Source: Selaginella moellendorffii (Eukaryota; Plantae; Lycopodiophyta). Taken from it: a DNA stretch of 64,000 nt. Made by a program: the position numbers and the translations under genes. Below, in pieces: positions 38,663-52,088 of this stretch. Every line of letters begins with the position of its first letter. Position 1 is the stretch's first letter. The stretch is taken from NCBI RefSeq assembly GCF_000143415.4, contig NW_003314266.1, positions 1,758,463-1,822,462 on the forward strand, written 5' to 3'. A model generated the notes under the pieces. The model made no database searches and had not been told where the DNA came from. It worked only from the letters and a program-made list of their open reading frames with translations.

Positions 38663-38972
38663 AATAGATGAGAAGGGCTTTTGGAGATAGATGCCAGCTT
38701 GCTGCATTATCCATTCGGCTTGGAGCTCCAGGAACTTCTATCTGGCGAAGGAGAATCGGGCTAGCTGAGGAGATTTCAAGATCGTCAGAAGCGTTTTAAA
38801 ACCAGTAAAACTTTTTACCTCGTACCCAAACCGGTAATGGTGCTCTTCCGGTTCCGTTGTCAGCTGACATGGCTGGTTTTCTCGAGCCGAGCGTCACAAC
38901 ACTTGGAACCTCCACGACTACAGCTCTCCACCTTTAAAACGTTTCGAGCGGCCAGCGCAACGATCACTACCG

Positions 38973-39359
38973 ATGGCAGAGCTGGACTCGAGAATGAAGG
39001 CCGTGAAGAAACTCCCATCCACCGGCGGCGGATCGTCGGGGCAGCAGCAGCGCAGCTCCATGAAGAAGCTCAAGGCGCTCCAGGGCGACTCGTACAAGAT
39101 CTACATCTACAAGGTACTCAAGCAAGTCCACCCGGACATCAGCATCTCGATCAAAGCCATGAACATCATGAACAGCCTGGTCCATGATATGTTCGAGCGG
39201 CTGTCCACCGAGGCCGGGCGGCTGGCTCGATACAGCAACAAGCCCACCATCCAGAGCCGCGAGGTCCAGGCCTCGGTCAGGCTCATCTTCCCTGGCGAGC
39301 TCGCAAAGCACGCAATCTCCGAGGGAACCAAGGCTGTCACCAAGTATGTGAGCTCCTGA
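38973..39359 (+). CDS. H2B: Divergent histone H2B variant, 128 aa, intronless
   Basis: [24 protein letters not shown]...[26 protein letters not shown] histone fold. Confidence 0.95.
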   Translation: MAELDSRMKAVKKLPSTGGGSSGQQQRSSMKKLKALQGDSYKIYIYKVLKQVHPDISISIKAMNIMNSLVHDMFERLSTEAGRLARYSNKPTIQSREVQASVRLIFPGELAKHAISEGTKAVTKYVSS

Positions 39360-39879
39360 CCGGGACGATGATGGCTTTTCAGGCATTACGCTGCGAAGAT
39401 CCTGTTAGAAACCACAAAGCTTATGATAGCAACGTACCTCCCTTTGTGCAAAATTTCCAGAGATCTAGTGTTCTTTCTTTCAGGAGGAATGAGAAGCTAT
39501 ACTGACCATGCACTCCATCGGCGTCTCCACGAGTTCTGGCCTGGATCCAAATTTCCAGACTTCTCGTGTTCTTTCTTTCTTTCGATCAAGAGGAATGAGA
39601 AGAGCTATACTGACCGTTTACTCCATCGAAGCATTGCGTGGATCCAGCGTTGGAGGGGCCGGAGCTTGACAAAGAGCTCGCGAGGCCTCGCATTGTCTTG
39701 ACGCGAGCGTCCATCTCCAGATCGTCATCGCCTCCTCGCTAATGTTATCCCCCCACCCCATGAGAATCCTTGTCACTCGAGAGCCGGAGAAGATGCTGCC
39801 CTAGGGCGCCGAGATCGTCGTCTACGAGCCTTGCGTTGTGGAGAGCGGGATTCTTCGCCTAGGTACGTGCCTGTGGATT

Positions 39880-41052
39880 TCCAATCCGGCAGCACTTCAA
39901 GTTTGTCACGCTGCTCGTCTTTGCAAGACGATCCAGTCCAGACGCACTAAGCAAGGATTTCTCGCAGCGGAACTTCGCCACGGCAGTGGAGCTCTATACA
40001 CAAGCGTTAAAACTCTCACGCAGCGAGGAAGATCGATTCGTGGGACTCTCCAGTCGAGCGGAGTGCCTTGTGGTTCCAGTTGGGATGGGCTCACAAGGCT
40101 CTGGAGGACGCTGAGAGCGCGCTGGATCTCCGGGCTGGAAACGAGAGGAGCCTCCTCCCGAAAATTTGAGCACTATGGAAGCTCCGGCAGTACAGTCGTG
40201 CGGAAGCTTGCCTGGAAGAGAGCCTGAAAGCCAGGATCTTCAGGGAGCAGAGCGAGTCCGGCCTTCGCGATCTTTCCAAGTTTCTCACGGGAGGCTGTAG
40301 CAAGCAAAGTCCTCCAAACGTTGCGGAGTTCGTCGGTCCCGTTCGAGTCGAGGTGACGAAGGACGGGCGTGGGAGGGGGATCTTCACGACGACGGATGTC
40401 CGTCAGGGGGATTTGCTCATCGTCTCGGTGAAGGTTCCACTCAAGCGGGACATGCGAGAGAAGATGGATCAAGGAGACAACAACACGGAGCTCCTCGCCA
40501 GCCTTCTCCAGGTGTGCTTGGCATCCAAGAACTCTACGGCATAGCATGGCCGAGGCCGCGATGGATCAGTTGTCTATGCGGCCTTCTCCCAGCAAGCTGG
40601 TGGACAAGGAAGCTCCGAGCATGCATCAAATGAACATGCGCAGACCAGTTGCAACAGAAGAGCTCGAGTTTGATGTGATGAGGATCCGAAACATCCTGGG
40701 CTGCTCCACGGAGTTCGTCCTCTCCGAAAACTACAGCGACGAGTTCGCGCTGCCAGCCTTCATCAATCACTGCCTGCCCAACGTGAGCATCCGCAAGTTC
40801 GGAAAGTCCATGTTCGTGTACGCTGCTCGCGACATGGAATCAGGAAGCGCGGTCGTATGGCTACGCGCTGTGGCCACGGGTGGTGAGAAGGTCGACGACT
40901 GCCACTGCCAGAGGTGCCATCTTGAGAAGAAGCTCGAGGAGCCGCTGTGGGGGATCACTAACAAGTTTATGGAGCTTCTGGCAGACGAGAGGCTAATGAT
41001 AGAGCAGTGTGGAGATTACATCCAAGTGGCCGTGGATCTGAAGAGGTGTTGA
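39880..41052 (+). pseudogene. Disrupted SET-domain (SMYD-type, probably TPR-SET) methyltransferase
   Basis: EFVGPVRV...GRGRGIFTTTDVRQGDLLIV (N-SET), PAFINHCLPNV...VYAARDM and post-SET CHCQRC lie in different frames with a TAG at 40541. Confidence 0.7.
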
Positions 41053-42759
41053 GCTTGCAGGAAGGTATGGATCCGAGCTTCACATCCACCTTTCTTACTT
41101 TGGATGTCGAGAAGAGGCAGAACTAGTGGACAGAGGAGGAGCTGCAATGCTTGATGAAATACTCTAGGGACTGCATGACATTGCTCCATGTCAATGGTTT
41201 ACTGAGGTTTGTTTAAAAGGAAATCTGTGCCAACATTTTAATCCTGTAAAAATAAATTAGTTTAGGGTTCTAAGTGTGTGCAAATATTGTTTAGTTTGCT
41301 TAATAATAGTGTTTTTCCTATTTCATACAGCAGTAGTGTTATTTTTATTTACTAATTCAATTTAATCAAATAGAAGTTTATAATTATAAACATGTTTATA
41401 ATTTATAATTATAATATTAATCTTATTGTATATCAACCATTAGATAGTAGAATAAACTAGAATATACTAGAAAGTTTTAGGAAAGTTTATAAATTATTAA
41501 AATATTTAAAAATTATAAATACAAAACTAATTGTGAGTGCTTGAAATATAAAAGGGAATACAAAAAATGTGCATATCAATTAGCCTAAAAACCCTAGCTT
41601 ATATATAGGAACAAGTGGTCCGGATTGAAACCAATCTGATAGCTACTAAAATCCCACTATGCTAATATTAGTATACGGCATCATAACCGTACACTTGGCC
41701 CTCACATCATCCCCTCCTCTCAGAATAATGGAAGACCATTAGGGTTCTCTTATAGACGGGCCGGGATCTGGAGGAACATTAGGAGGAGGTATTGGTGGAT
41801 CTGTAGGTGGTATTAACTTCTCTTGATCCCTTTGTATGAAGTATTTTAACTACTGCACATGCACAATCTCTGGAGGATCAACCTACTAGACGTCATGCCG
41901 AACCTCATAAATTTGTGGTCCAACTTGCCACAACACCCGATATGGTCCTTTCCACTGCGCAAGCAGCCCCTTAGATAAACCACATACCGTAAGGAAAACG
42001 GACTAACACCGAATCATCCACTTTGTACTCTGCAAGTAAACGATGATGGGAGTTGTAGTGCCGTTGTTATCCCATTTGTATGCGGCCTAAGTGTTTGGCA
42101 GATTTTACTCGAACAAGCGGAAGAATGCTCGTCAAATATTGATCCCACGACCTAGCATCAGCAGTTCGTGGCAATCGCAAAGGTAAACCCAACTCCATTA
42201 ATAATATTGCATCATGACCATATAAGAGTTTATATTATGAAGCACCAATAGAACTCTACACCCCTATGACATATGCATACCAAAGAGACAGTAAATAACC
42301 ATCCCAATTCGAATGCTGAAAATTCACATACTTCGCAATCATCCCTTTGAATGTCTGAACGAGCCATTCCACCAGACCATTTGATTGTGGATGATAAACA
42401 CTAATGAAAGTGTGGCGTATCCCCAACCAAGATGTCAAAACATGAAATGCCTCAGTCATAAATGCAGGACCATTATCCGAAAGAATCCGCTTTGGACAAG
42501 AATGTTGGAATACCATTTGATTGAGGAAGAAGTATCCAATAGCAGTTGTATAGGCACTAGCAAGAGCACCAACTTCCACCCAACGAGTCAAGTAGTTAGA
42601 AGCAATAATAATATACTCATTGTCAGCATTCGATCATGGAAAAGGTCCTATAAGATTAAACGCCACCAACTCAAATGGATGAGAAATTGCAATTGACTCT
42701 AACTGTCCTTCTGCAGCACGAGGGGGAGTATTACGAACTTGGCACCAAATGTAGCTATG

Positions 42760-43963
42760 TGTAAGCCACAAATTTTTCCTTTCCAATTTGCCAGCTTACC
42801 TCGTCTATCTGACCAACACTGCCTTGGCTTGTGCTAAGTTCCCTTGCCAAATTTCTCACCTATTATACCAACTCCTACTTGGTCCTACTTAGTTTCAGCT
42901 ACTTACTGCACGAGCAATGGAGTGTTAGCCATCCATCTACGGATTCCCAAATCTCTCCCAATCCCCCTCCCCGGGTTAGACTGGACTTAAGGTTCGGTTA
43001 CACTCCCCGCAGGCACAAACAACCAAGCACACCAAGCCTCTAGGTTCCTAACACCCCTTAGTACAACAAGACTTGATCATGGGACCCTCTAAATCCTAAG
43101 CCTTGGGTGCAGCACTTGTTTCGGGATGTCGGGGCGAAACACCGTGGCCTAACGGCCCGGTATAGGTACCTCTACCCCCCCCACTTCCATCCCGAAGGGA
43201 AGGCCCAAGCCCCTAAGAAGGGCGAGGACCAATGAGCCGCAAGGTACTCAAGTGGGGCACCACTCCACATGAGCCGGGAGCACTGCAGTCAGTTTCCCTT
43301 TCGGGAGTGGGAGCTGCTCTTGAACACTTCTCTGGGTGGCCCCTCCGGCACCACCCAAGCCCATGCTCACTCCCACCCAAGGCCCCTCGGCCCCAGTCTC
43401 AACCTCAAGCTAGTTTGGAAGCACCACTGGAGAGTTCCTTCAAGATTGGTTCCTGGACCTCATTATCCCTACTATACTTTTGGAACCCTCTGCAGCCCCC
43501 CCCCCCCCCCCCCCTGGGAGACGCACGCTTTGGGCTTTCACCCCTTGACCCGTATTAGTACTCGGACTTAGTCTTTGGCTCAATCTCGGACTCGATCTCA
43601 GATCCGACTTCGGATTTGGTTTCGGACTCAATCTCGGACTCGATCTCGGATCCGACTTCGGATTCGGTTTCGGACTCAATCTCAGACTCGATCTCAAACC
43701 CGATCTCAGACCCAACCTCGGACTCGACCTCAGACTCGGTCTCGGACCTGATTTCGGATCTCGGACTCCGTCTTGAGCTCGGTCTCGAACTTGGTCTCCG
43801 AGTCGGTCTCGGACTCGATTCCGGACTCTATCTCGAACTCGGTCTTAGAGTCGGTCTTGGACTCGATATTAGACTTGGTCCCATCTGATGAACTTTTTAT
43901 CATTTTGGTCAAGCTTTCGGGGCTCCTTTAGCCTATGACACCTCGGCGAGTTGGTTCCTTACA
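42760..43963 (-). mobile_element. 1.2-kb solo LTR (family C) inserted in the element A integrase
   Basis: TGTAAG...CTTACA termini, exact TSD CTATG (42755-42759 and 43964-43968); its start matches 61078-61120. Confidence 0.9.
43560..43880. repeat. Hexamer-based (TCGGAC/TCGATC/TCGGTC) tandem array with a 48-bp higher-order unit inside the solo LTR
   Basis: 43581-43628 and 43629-43676 are near-identical 48-mers. Confidence 0.85.
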
Positions 43964-46364
43964 CTATGCACATACTGGATAATATCATGTCGCATCTCCA
44001 GCCAATAGAAAGACTTGCGCAACTTCTCAGTTACACAACAATGTCCCATATGCCCACCGAGAACAGAAGAATCATGGTAGGCATGAAGAAACTACGGAAT
44101 AAAGACAGAAGACACCACCAACCGTAAATGATCATCAAGATCTGTCCCCACAAAATAAATAAAGCCATCTTCAAAGCGATATTGAGAATGTAAATGCCGG
44201 AAAGGCAAGTCATCAACAAGTGATGCAAGATTCTCAAACCCATCTTAAAGCCTTTAAATCCATGGCTCAATCTTTTGAGCCTTGCGAACCTCATCAAGAG
44301 AAGGTAGATCTTGCTCTGTGCCTTGTGGACATTGAACATCAAGTACAGCAACTGCTGACGGCACAGAATCCTCGTCTAGAAAATCCACAGATGTTGGAAC
44401 AATATGCTCGTTAGAAACATGAGAAGAGAGTGGAGAAGGAAGAGGAGCTCAAGAAAGGGCATCAACATTAGCCATAAAACTCCCTGGGCGATGAACAACA
44501 TCAAAATCATATATCTGAAGCTTCAAAGCCCATCAAGCAGTACGACCAATCAGGTTCTTCCACTTCAATAATGAAGTAACAGCAGCATGGTCACCTTCAA
44601 GTAATGTCTGAGAACCATGTAGATATGCATGAAGTTTCTAGAAACCCCAGACTGCTGCTAAACACTCATTCTCTGTCATGAAGTCGTTCATCTCTGCTGG
44701 TTGTAATATACAGCTTATATACGCAATGGGATGGCGCTGATCAGACACACTCGAACTCTCTTACATCAGCACACCTCCAAGACCAATGTCAAAAGCATCC
44801 ACCCGCAAAATAAAAGGTAAAGTGTAGTCAGGATATGCCAAAACCGGAGGAGTCATAAATAGCTCTTTGAGATCCACGAACGCCCGCTGACAATTTGGAG
44901 ACTAAATGGAAGATGACGTTAATGACTTCAACAATGCTCGCAACGATGCAGTGTGATTAAAAAGATGATCCACAAAATGACCGAGATACTACACCTTGCC
45001 CAAGAAGCGCTGTACATCATTCACACACTTCAGAGTAGCGAACTTTAGAATAGCCACAAGCTTGTCAAGATCAGTTTGCAAACCTTTACGAAAAATATGG
45101 TATCTAAGATAAGTTGTGTCCTTGGACCCAAACACACACTTCAACCACTTCAGCTTTAAACCAGTATTGCGTTGCCGATCCAACACTTTATAAACATCAC
45201 GAACGTGCTCCTCCTATGTCCCTTCCGAGTGGATCAAGACATCATCAATGAAGTCAGTAGTCACCTCTGGCATATCGCAAAGAACCTCATCCATCATCCG
45301 CTGGAAAGTTGCTAAAGCATTGTTCAAACTAAACGGCATCACCAAGAACTCATACAAACCAAATGGTGTACGAAAAGTAGTCTTAGGAATATCTTCTTCG
45401 GCCATCGGTACTTGCTAATACCCAAAAGCAAGATCTAGCTTGGTGAATCAATGACTTCACCCCAAACGATCCAAGAGATCAACAGTGTGAGGAAGAGGGT
45501 ACACATCTGGGATCGTCACTTTGTTTAATGGGCGATAATCGATGTAGCAATGAATACTCCCATCAGACTTCATCACAAGATGAGGTTTATATGTCTAAGG
45601 ACTCTGCGACTTTCGAATAACACCCTTCTTCAACATCTCCTTGACGTTTGTACGTAAAATCTTGATCTCCTTTGGTGACCGACGACGAACATGAACCTTG
45701 ATTGGACAAGCATCCCCGGTTGGAATCGGATGATGTATGGCAATTTTGGCTTCAGACAATAAGTCAAATTCAAAGAGATCAGAATACTCCTTTATGAGCT
45801 GGTCAACTGCTGCAACACAAAGATTGTCGGAGGGATCAGAAAAGGGAAGAGCAAAACAAGACGAAAACATAGAAGGAAATAGTGGGGGAACAAAAGTAAT
45901 GGAAGCAGAGGTAGAAGTAGAGGGATGAAGATGTACAGAAGTGAGAGGAATGGATGAAACATAAGGAAGTATAAGATAAGGGGGAAAAGCCTCAAAGTCA
46001 CACTTGGCATGATTGCACTGCAACCAATCCATACCAAGAATGAGGTCAAAAGCTTGACTCAGCACCACCCGCAATGATTGCAACTCAAACTTGAGATCGC
46101 CCACATGCACAACTAGGTCCACTTCATCCCGTGCACATGCATGTGTACGGCCGTTGCCATAAAGAATAAAAACTAGTTCCGCCATACAACGCAAATGTAA
46201 ACGGCAACATGTGGCAACAAGTCAAGCAATAGAAGATAAACTCAAACCTGTATCAACCAACATAGAGAGAATAATATGAGACCTCTTGTTATAAAAATGA
46301 GCTTGGAAAGTAAACACTAGATTGTAAGCTCTTGAGTTTGGATTTCCTGGGAAGTCACCCAACT

Positions 46365-48970
46365 CAAGAGGATCTACAAAAGTTGTTTTTGTGGGAACAT
46401 CATGATGTTCTGACAGCGGGACATGGTGGAAAATGAAAGACTCTTACTTCATTGAACAAATGAATTTTCTAGTTTGGTATGCAATGTTTTTGCCCTATAT
46501 ATTAGCAATATAAGTGTAGAACTGAGAAGCAAGCTGGAAAGTTGCAATGCATTCCAGCATCAGTATAGCCATTTCAAAATGTGATACTTGATTTCATCAC
46601 TTACTTGCCAAAGTTTAAAGGTTATGATACTTTGATAGTGGTTGTGGATCGGTTGTTGAAGATTGCACACTTCATTCTAACTATGGAAATAGTGAATGCA
46701 AAACAAGCAACAAAGCTTTTTTTCCATAAAGTAGTGTGGGTTCGTGGTCTTCTAGAAGAGATGATCTCAGATAGAGATTTGAGATTTACAAGGAAGTTTT
46801 GGGGCACACTATTCCAGTTATTCGATACCAAGTTGAAATTTAATACAACTTATCATCCTCAAACCAATGGGTAAACCAAATTTGTGAATGCTCAAATTAA
46901 GGATTATCTGTGGTACTATGTCGTGGCAAACCGACAAGGCTGGGTTGAGCATTTGGACATAATAGAAATCTGTTATAATAATATATTTCACAGCACTATT
47001 AGTTGTTCTCTATAGGAGATGCTACAAAGGAATGCTCATGAAGTTCTTCAATAGATTGTTGTATTAAAACCAATGTCCGAAGCATTGGTTCCAGCCATTG
47101 AGACTTGTATGCTAAGCACTTATGCCAAAGTTGGTCTAGAGCTACTAAGGTGATGGGCAAAGCTTAGGATAGGTATCGACATGATAAGGATCATCATCAT
47201 CGGGATGTATCCTATCAAGTGGGAGATCATGTGTGGTTATTTTTCTGAAACTTGAATATTAAAGGATCTTTATCTTAGAAACTATTACCGAGATATATTA
47301 GACCCTATCGGGTGTTGAAATGAATTGGTGATATATCCTATCAGTTGGATATTCCACAAGAGATGTCTAGACTTCATGATGTGTTTTATGTCAATTTACT
47401 GACCCCATATCATTAAGATCCTAGCCACTCTAAGGATGTCCGTCCAACTTTGGATGTTATTGATAGTGAATCTGAGTATGAGGTTTAGGATATTCTTTTG
47501 TCTCATAAGGCATGTGATGGTTGAACCAAAGAATATTTAGTTAAGTGGAAAGGTTACCTATCTTGTGAATCAACTTGGGAGCCTCTTAATAATCTTACAC
47601 ATGCTTGTGAGCTTGTCACAGAATATAAGAATCATAATAATCACTAGCTTTTGTTGTAATAAATCTTGCAAATCAATAAAGTAATATATTTTTATAATCA
47701 AACGTTTCTATTATACATATTCTTGGGTCAGTTTTGGCAAGCTGACTTTGGCACTTCGGTGCATGGGTATAATCCATAACCATAGGGATAACTATTATAG
47801 ATTGATCACAAGTCTGCGCCTTTCTCTTGATAACTCATTTTTAAAAAAGGGGCATGGTCATGTAAACAACTTCATCTACCAATTTATAATAGTTGTCTAA
47901 ATCTTTTCGATAGGGTTGATTTTTTGCTTAGGGGAAGTTAAGCCTCTAACTCTCTCCCTATGTCCCTGCGGGTAAAAATATATCATTCCTTTGTAAGCTG
48001 AGTGGTACTCTAAGCAACAAGGGTGGTTAACTTCGCTAGTCATTTCCTTGTCGGTGATAACTAGAGGGTGTCTGAGTCTTAACGTTTTTGGATGTAGAGG
48101 AGAGGTTGTTCCATAACTCATTTAAGTTGGTGTGTTTTCCACATAGTGTGCTTTTCATTAACTTTCGAGTTATTTCCTTGACGATTTGTTAGACTCAATT
48201 ATGCATCAATGAGGATGTTGATCTTCTCTAAAGGGGAGAGAGTGTAATGAATATGACTTCAGGTATTGAAAAATATTTGTCGGCTAATCCTTATGAACAT
48301 TCTCTCCTTACTACCACGATAGCAAGAGATCGGTACTATTGGTTCTCTTTATGGTCTCCACCCAAGCTAGTTGAGAAACTAATCAACACATATGCACTTA
48401 GATTAGAATGTAAATAACCAAAGAAAATGACTTAAAAGACAATTCATGGGATTCAAATATAGAGGGAAAGGGCCTATAAATAGGAATGCACCCCCTTTTC
48501 CAATCAATTAAGAGTTTTACGATATTTGGGGTTAAGTGTCATTTTGGGTGACCTCCCAAAATATCCAAATTCAAAAGTTTACACAAAAGGGCACTAAAGA
48601 AGGAAATCCTAAGTTGTTATTAAGTGAAACATACTTGATACGATGATGAGAAACTTATGTTGTTAGCTTGTACTTGCTAGTGTTAAGAACCCTCGTGATA
48701 TTGAGATTAATCCCTCAATATTCACTATTATGCCTTTTGTGTTAGTCTTGTTCCAATTGGGTAATTATGGAAAGTGTCATAAACACAATCCCATGTCCAA
48801 ATTCACAAACTAATGTCATTCCATATTTAGTAAATTTCAAGTTAGTCCCAAAGACTAACTCCTGATAATAAGGGAGGCTTGAGGTAAAAGCCCAAAGTGT
48901 GTGTTCTGCGGGGGCGGGGGGGGAGGGAAGTTATAAGGGGTTCCAAATGTATAATAAGGATAGAAATTGG
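46365..48970 (+). mobile_element. Chromovirus element D, 3' half (integrase, chromodomain, PPT, 3' LTR from 48243)
   Basis: EHHDVLTAGHGG zinc finger; DFITYLPK..VVVDR..YHPQTNG; chromodomain SEYEV..EYLVKWKGY..CESTWEPL; PPT AAGGGGAGAGAG then TGTAATG; 48585-48970 is the reverse complement of 60607-61069. Confidence 0.85.
48409..48583 (+). mobile_element. Solo LTR of the TRIM family B inside the D 3' LTR
   Basis: TGTAAATAACC...AGTTTACA; reverse-complement homologue of 56694-56888. Confidence 0.75.
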
Positions 48971-50204
48971 ACGTAGAACAAGGAATGACAACAGCCCAGA
49001 GCTAAACTAATGTCTCAAGTAGTCAAATATGTATTCCAACCAAAGTCTAAGCCTAAATTCCATGCTGCTTTAGTTGATGGAATACCCTCATCGCATTACA
49101 CCACTGGTATGTCAAAATTGTGCCAAACACCATCTGACACTATTTTGCATGCAAGTGCTGGATATGGGGAATTGGTGCTCATGGGATTATACTAGACCCT
49201 TGTTCTATAATGTAATGGGCTTAGAGTTTAACTCCAAATTCAAGTGCGCTACATTAAGTTTGGCTTTGATTTGAGTACCTCATGCTTGTGATTTCCTAGT
49301 GGATATATAAGACAAACTTGAGCTAGCAACGTTGAACATGGGATAAGCTCAAGATTAAAACAAAAAATTGGTTAATGAGCATTATCATCATTGTCATGAT
49401 TTAGTTTCCTTGTGTTGTTTAACTAAAAGCTATGCTTTTTCAAGTCTTGCAATTCTTGTATATTCTTCCATCAAGTGTTTAATCTGCAAACTTCTTAATC
49501 TAGAGCAATATCAAGTCATACCCTTTCAAGGTTACCTTTCGCTGAAAAACCACTATCCACTACAAAGGCATTTTTGTGATACTTAAGCACATTCAATGCA
49601 ATGTAAATGGCTAATTTTTGAATACTGGTTGTAAAGTGATGAGACATATGGATAAAGTGGTGAGGCACAACAAAATCTAGTGAGTAATGCAAAAAAACTT
49701 CTTCATAATGTAATTTTTAGAGCTTGTTACTGTATTCTAGATCCTACTATATTTGAAATATAAGCATACTTGTGTGGTGAATATTTTAACGTAGTCTTGC
49801 TCATTGGCAAAAAATTAAATTGCATTAAACTTACCTAACTCTTATGATTTTATAGAGGAGAGAGTGTGTGTGAGCTTATATTACTTGTGCTTGATCCATA
49901 TTGCAAAACATATATGGATGGCAAAACATATAAGGGTGCTTTATCCCAATGATAATATGCATTTGGAAATGGATGGTATCATTATCAGCTTGGACAAAGG
50001 ATTTCTTTTTATTTTATGGCAACATTTGAGGAAAAATGACTTAAATTTCACGTGGTAAGTGAATTTTTTTTGTGCATTAACCTTTCACTAACTTTTCGTT
50101 CTAATTATTCTTAACATCTACTTTCACCAAAATTGTTTATTTTTAAATATGCTCCATCTTTTATTCTAGGATGTAATTTTCACTTTCAATCAAACATCTG
50201 CTCA

Positions 50205-50380
50205 TCTGTAGTATGCAATTCCCAAATGGAATGGTGGTGGCTCTAACAAGAACTTTGGCATTGGTGATGACCACCCCATCCACCCCAACACCATTTGGAG
50301 CAGTGACGGGCTGACCTGTTGCTTGGCATATGACCAAGCACAAAATCCCACTGTCTCAAAGTTCCTACCCATGGATCAAG
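50205..50380 (-). pseudogene. EXORDIUM/PHI-1 family gene fragment
   Basis: WVG..ET..GFCAWSY and PVTAPNGVGVDGVVI....LV...TIPFGN match the PHI-1 motif P..APNGDVG.DGMVI..A..L....TNPFGN; frameshifted. Confidence 0.72.
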
Positions 50381-50471
50381 TGAGCTTCTCCCCACATTCT
50401 CTGTAAACCTGGCTTGAGGAGTAGTGCTCGGCTGTCAGATTAAAGCAAACGCAGTTAAATAGCGTGTTAAT

Positions 50472-50543
50472 GGAGGCATAGCTCAGTTGTAGAGCAATCG
50501 GCTGCAGTCCGATAGGTCACCAGTTCAATACTGGTTGCCCCCT
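50472..50543 (+). tRNA. tRNA-Cys(GCA), atypical, possibly a pseudogene
   Basis: GGAGGCATAGCTCAGTTGTAGAGCAATCGGCTGCAGTCCGATAGGTCACCAGTTCAATACTGGTTGCCCCCT; stems pair except an A-C mismatch in the acceptor stem; D-loop has TG rather than GG. Confidence 0.7.
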
Positions 50544-50759
50544 TTGCTGTACAAATCTGTAAGCTTTCAGCTGCAGTGCCGACTGCACAAAGTAAGGAAG
50601 CACATGGAATATCGCAAAGTAAGCAAGCATGAAACACATGGGATAATGCGACAGAAGCTGCTACTATATGATTGCCATACGTTCAAAGAGCTCTATAACT
50701 TCATACTCATCCCTTTGGCTTCTCAAAGCTATAGTCTTTTCTTTTAAGAGTTTAGAGAA

Positions 50760-52088
50760 ATGGCTCTCACAGCAGCTCCAAAGTTTTTCACCATCGAGTC
50801 CGCTGCTTATCCTGGCTATTGCATTACGCAACAAGGCAACCAGGTTGTTCTCAAGTCCAAGGACGCGCTCAATCCCTTCCAGGTAAAATCTTTCAAAACT
50901 TTGCCGGTTGTCGATCATCATGGGAAACTCTTGTGCAGCTGTGGTACAGGGATGAGTCATGGAACTTGCTGAACCAGGAATTCAGTGACAGGGATGAGTT
51001 CCTGGACCAGGATATCAGTCACCTCTCCGCGTTCGTGTTTGTAAACCACGGCTCTAAGAAAGCTCTCCGGTCCCAGGCATACTCAACGTCTCAAAGCAAG
51101 GTAAACAAAGATAGTATTCATACATACACGGTTGCTGATCATATGGAATTTTGATGGCAAAAGGCTACTATTGGAGACTATGATCCGGCAGGCCAAGACA
51201 ATTATCTCCTGTGGCGTATTTCAGGGAGCCACGAAAATCAAGTCTTGATCACCATGACTGTAAACAAGTCATCTTTTCTAAGCCACACTTCCTCAAGTGC
51301 TAGCTTCAAGGATGGGGTGCCAGTGGTGACATCCAACAGCAATGGAAACTCCCACTGGAAGCTCGTCACCTACAGTAAGCTCATGAATCATATGATTGTT
51401 CTTCTTGGTTGTGGCTCATATATATGATGATGATGCACAGAGCCTTCTCAAGAGTACAGGATTCTATGCCACTGGTTTGGGCAGTACTTGACTTGGAAGC
51501 AGCAAAATGTGGACGTAACTTTCAAGAATGCAGTCAAGCACAACGATGAGACAAACGTGGTGGCTATTAGTCCAAACAACGTTCCTCTCGACAGCATGGT
51601 TTGTATTTTCATCGTTCTTTGTAATCTTATCTCATTCTATTTGATTACATATAGACATGGTACAAGGTTCCTGCTGGAGGAAGAGATGATACCACGTACT
51701 TCACCTCGTTCGTTCTCATAAACAAGGTGACTGGTCTTGCTCTCAAGGGGTCAGCCAAGCCGGGAGACAAGGTAACTAGTGCACACTGTTGAAAACTTGA
51801 AGAATTTCGCAAACTAAACGAATTGGATGATCATGGCAGGTGCTCTTGACTCAATATGATCCTCTCAATTACAGTTTCGTGTGGTCTGAGAACCGATTCC
51901 AGGCTTCAAACACGGACTATCTTGCGATCAATCTGGATGGAACCACCTTGCAGTGGGCTCTGCAGAACGACGATCAGTACCAGAACAGTGCGTGGTATCA
52001 TCCTCTCGTGCTTCGCTCGGCATCTCCAAACCAAGGATATCTTGAGCAGCAGGCCTGGAAATTCAATCCAGTGGTGGCAGGGAATTGA
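50760..52088 (+). CDS. Two-domain Euonymus-related (EUL, ricin-B-like) lectin, ~6 exons
   Basis: Twice-repeated pattern (Q)xWY(R/K)...F.(F/L).N.....ALK/R....| ....YDP......(L/V)W....WK, with short GT-AG introns (50883-50938, 51101-51163, etc.) at equivalent positions in both halves. Confidence 0.75.

Larger units (their letters stand above)
41532..46322 (-). mobile_element. Gypsy element A, 3' half (protease-RT-RNase H-integrase, PPT, 175-bp 3' LTR at 41532-41706)
   Basis: DLILGMDWL; KTTFRTPFGLYEFLVMPF..FIDDVLI; ILSDNGPAF..YHPQSNGLVE; PPT GAGAGGAGGGGATGA next to a TG..CA LTR; many stops. Confidence 0.92.

Noticed and set aside
43440-43912. Repetitive ORFs (SDSISD..., ESETDS...) and a superficially CRISPR-like periodicity
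   Set aside because: They are translations of a hexamer tandem array inside a solo LTR; there are no unique spacers, no cas genes, and the DNA is eukaryotic
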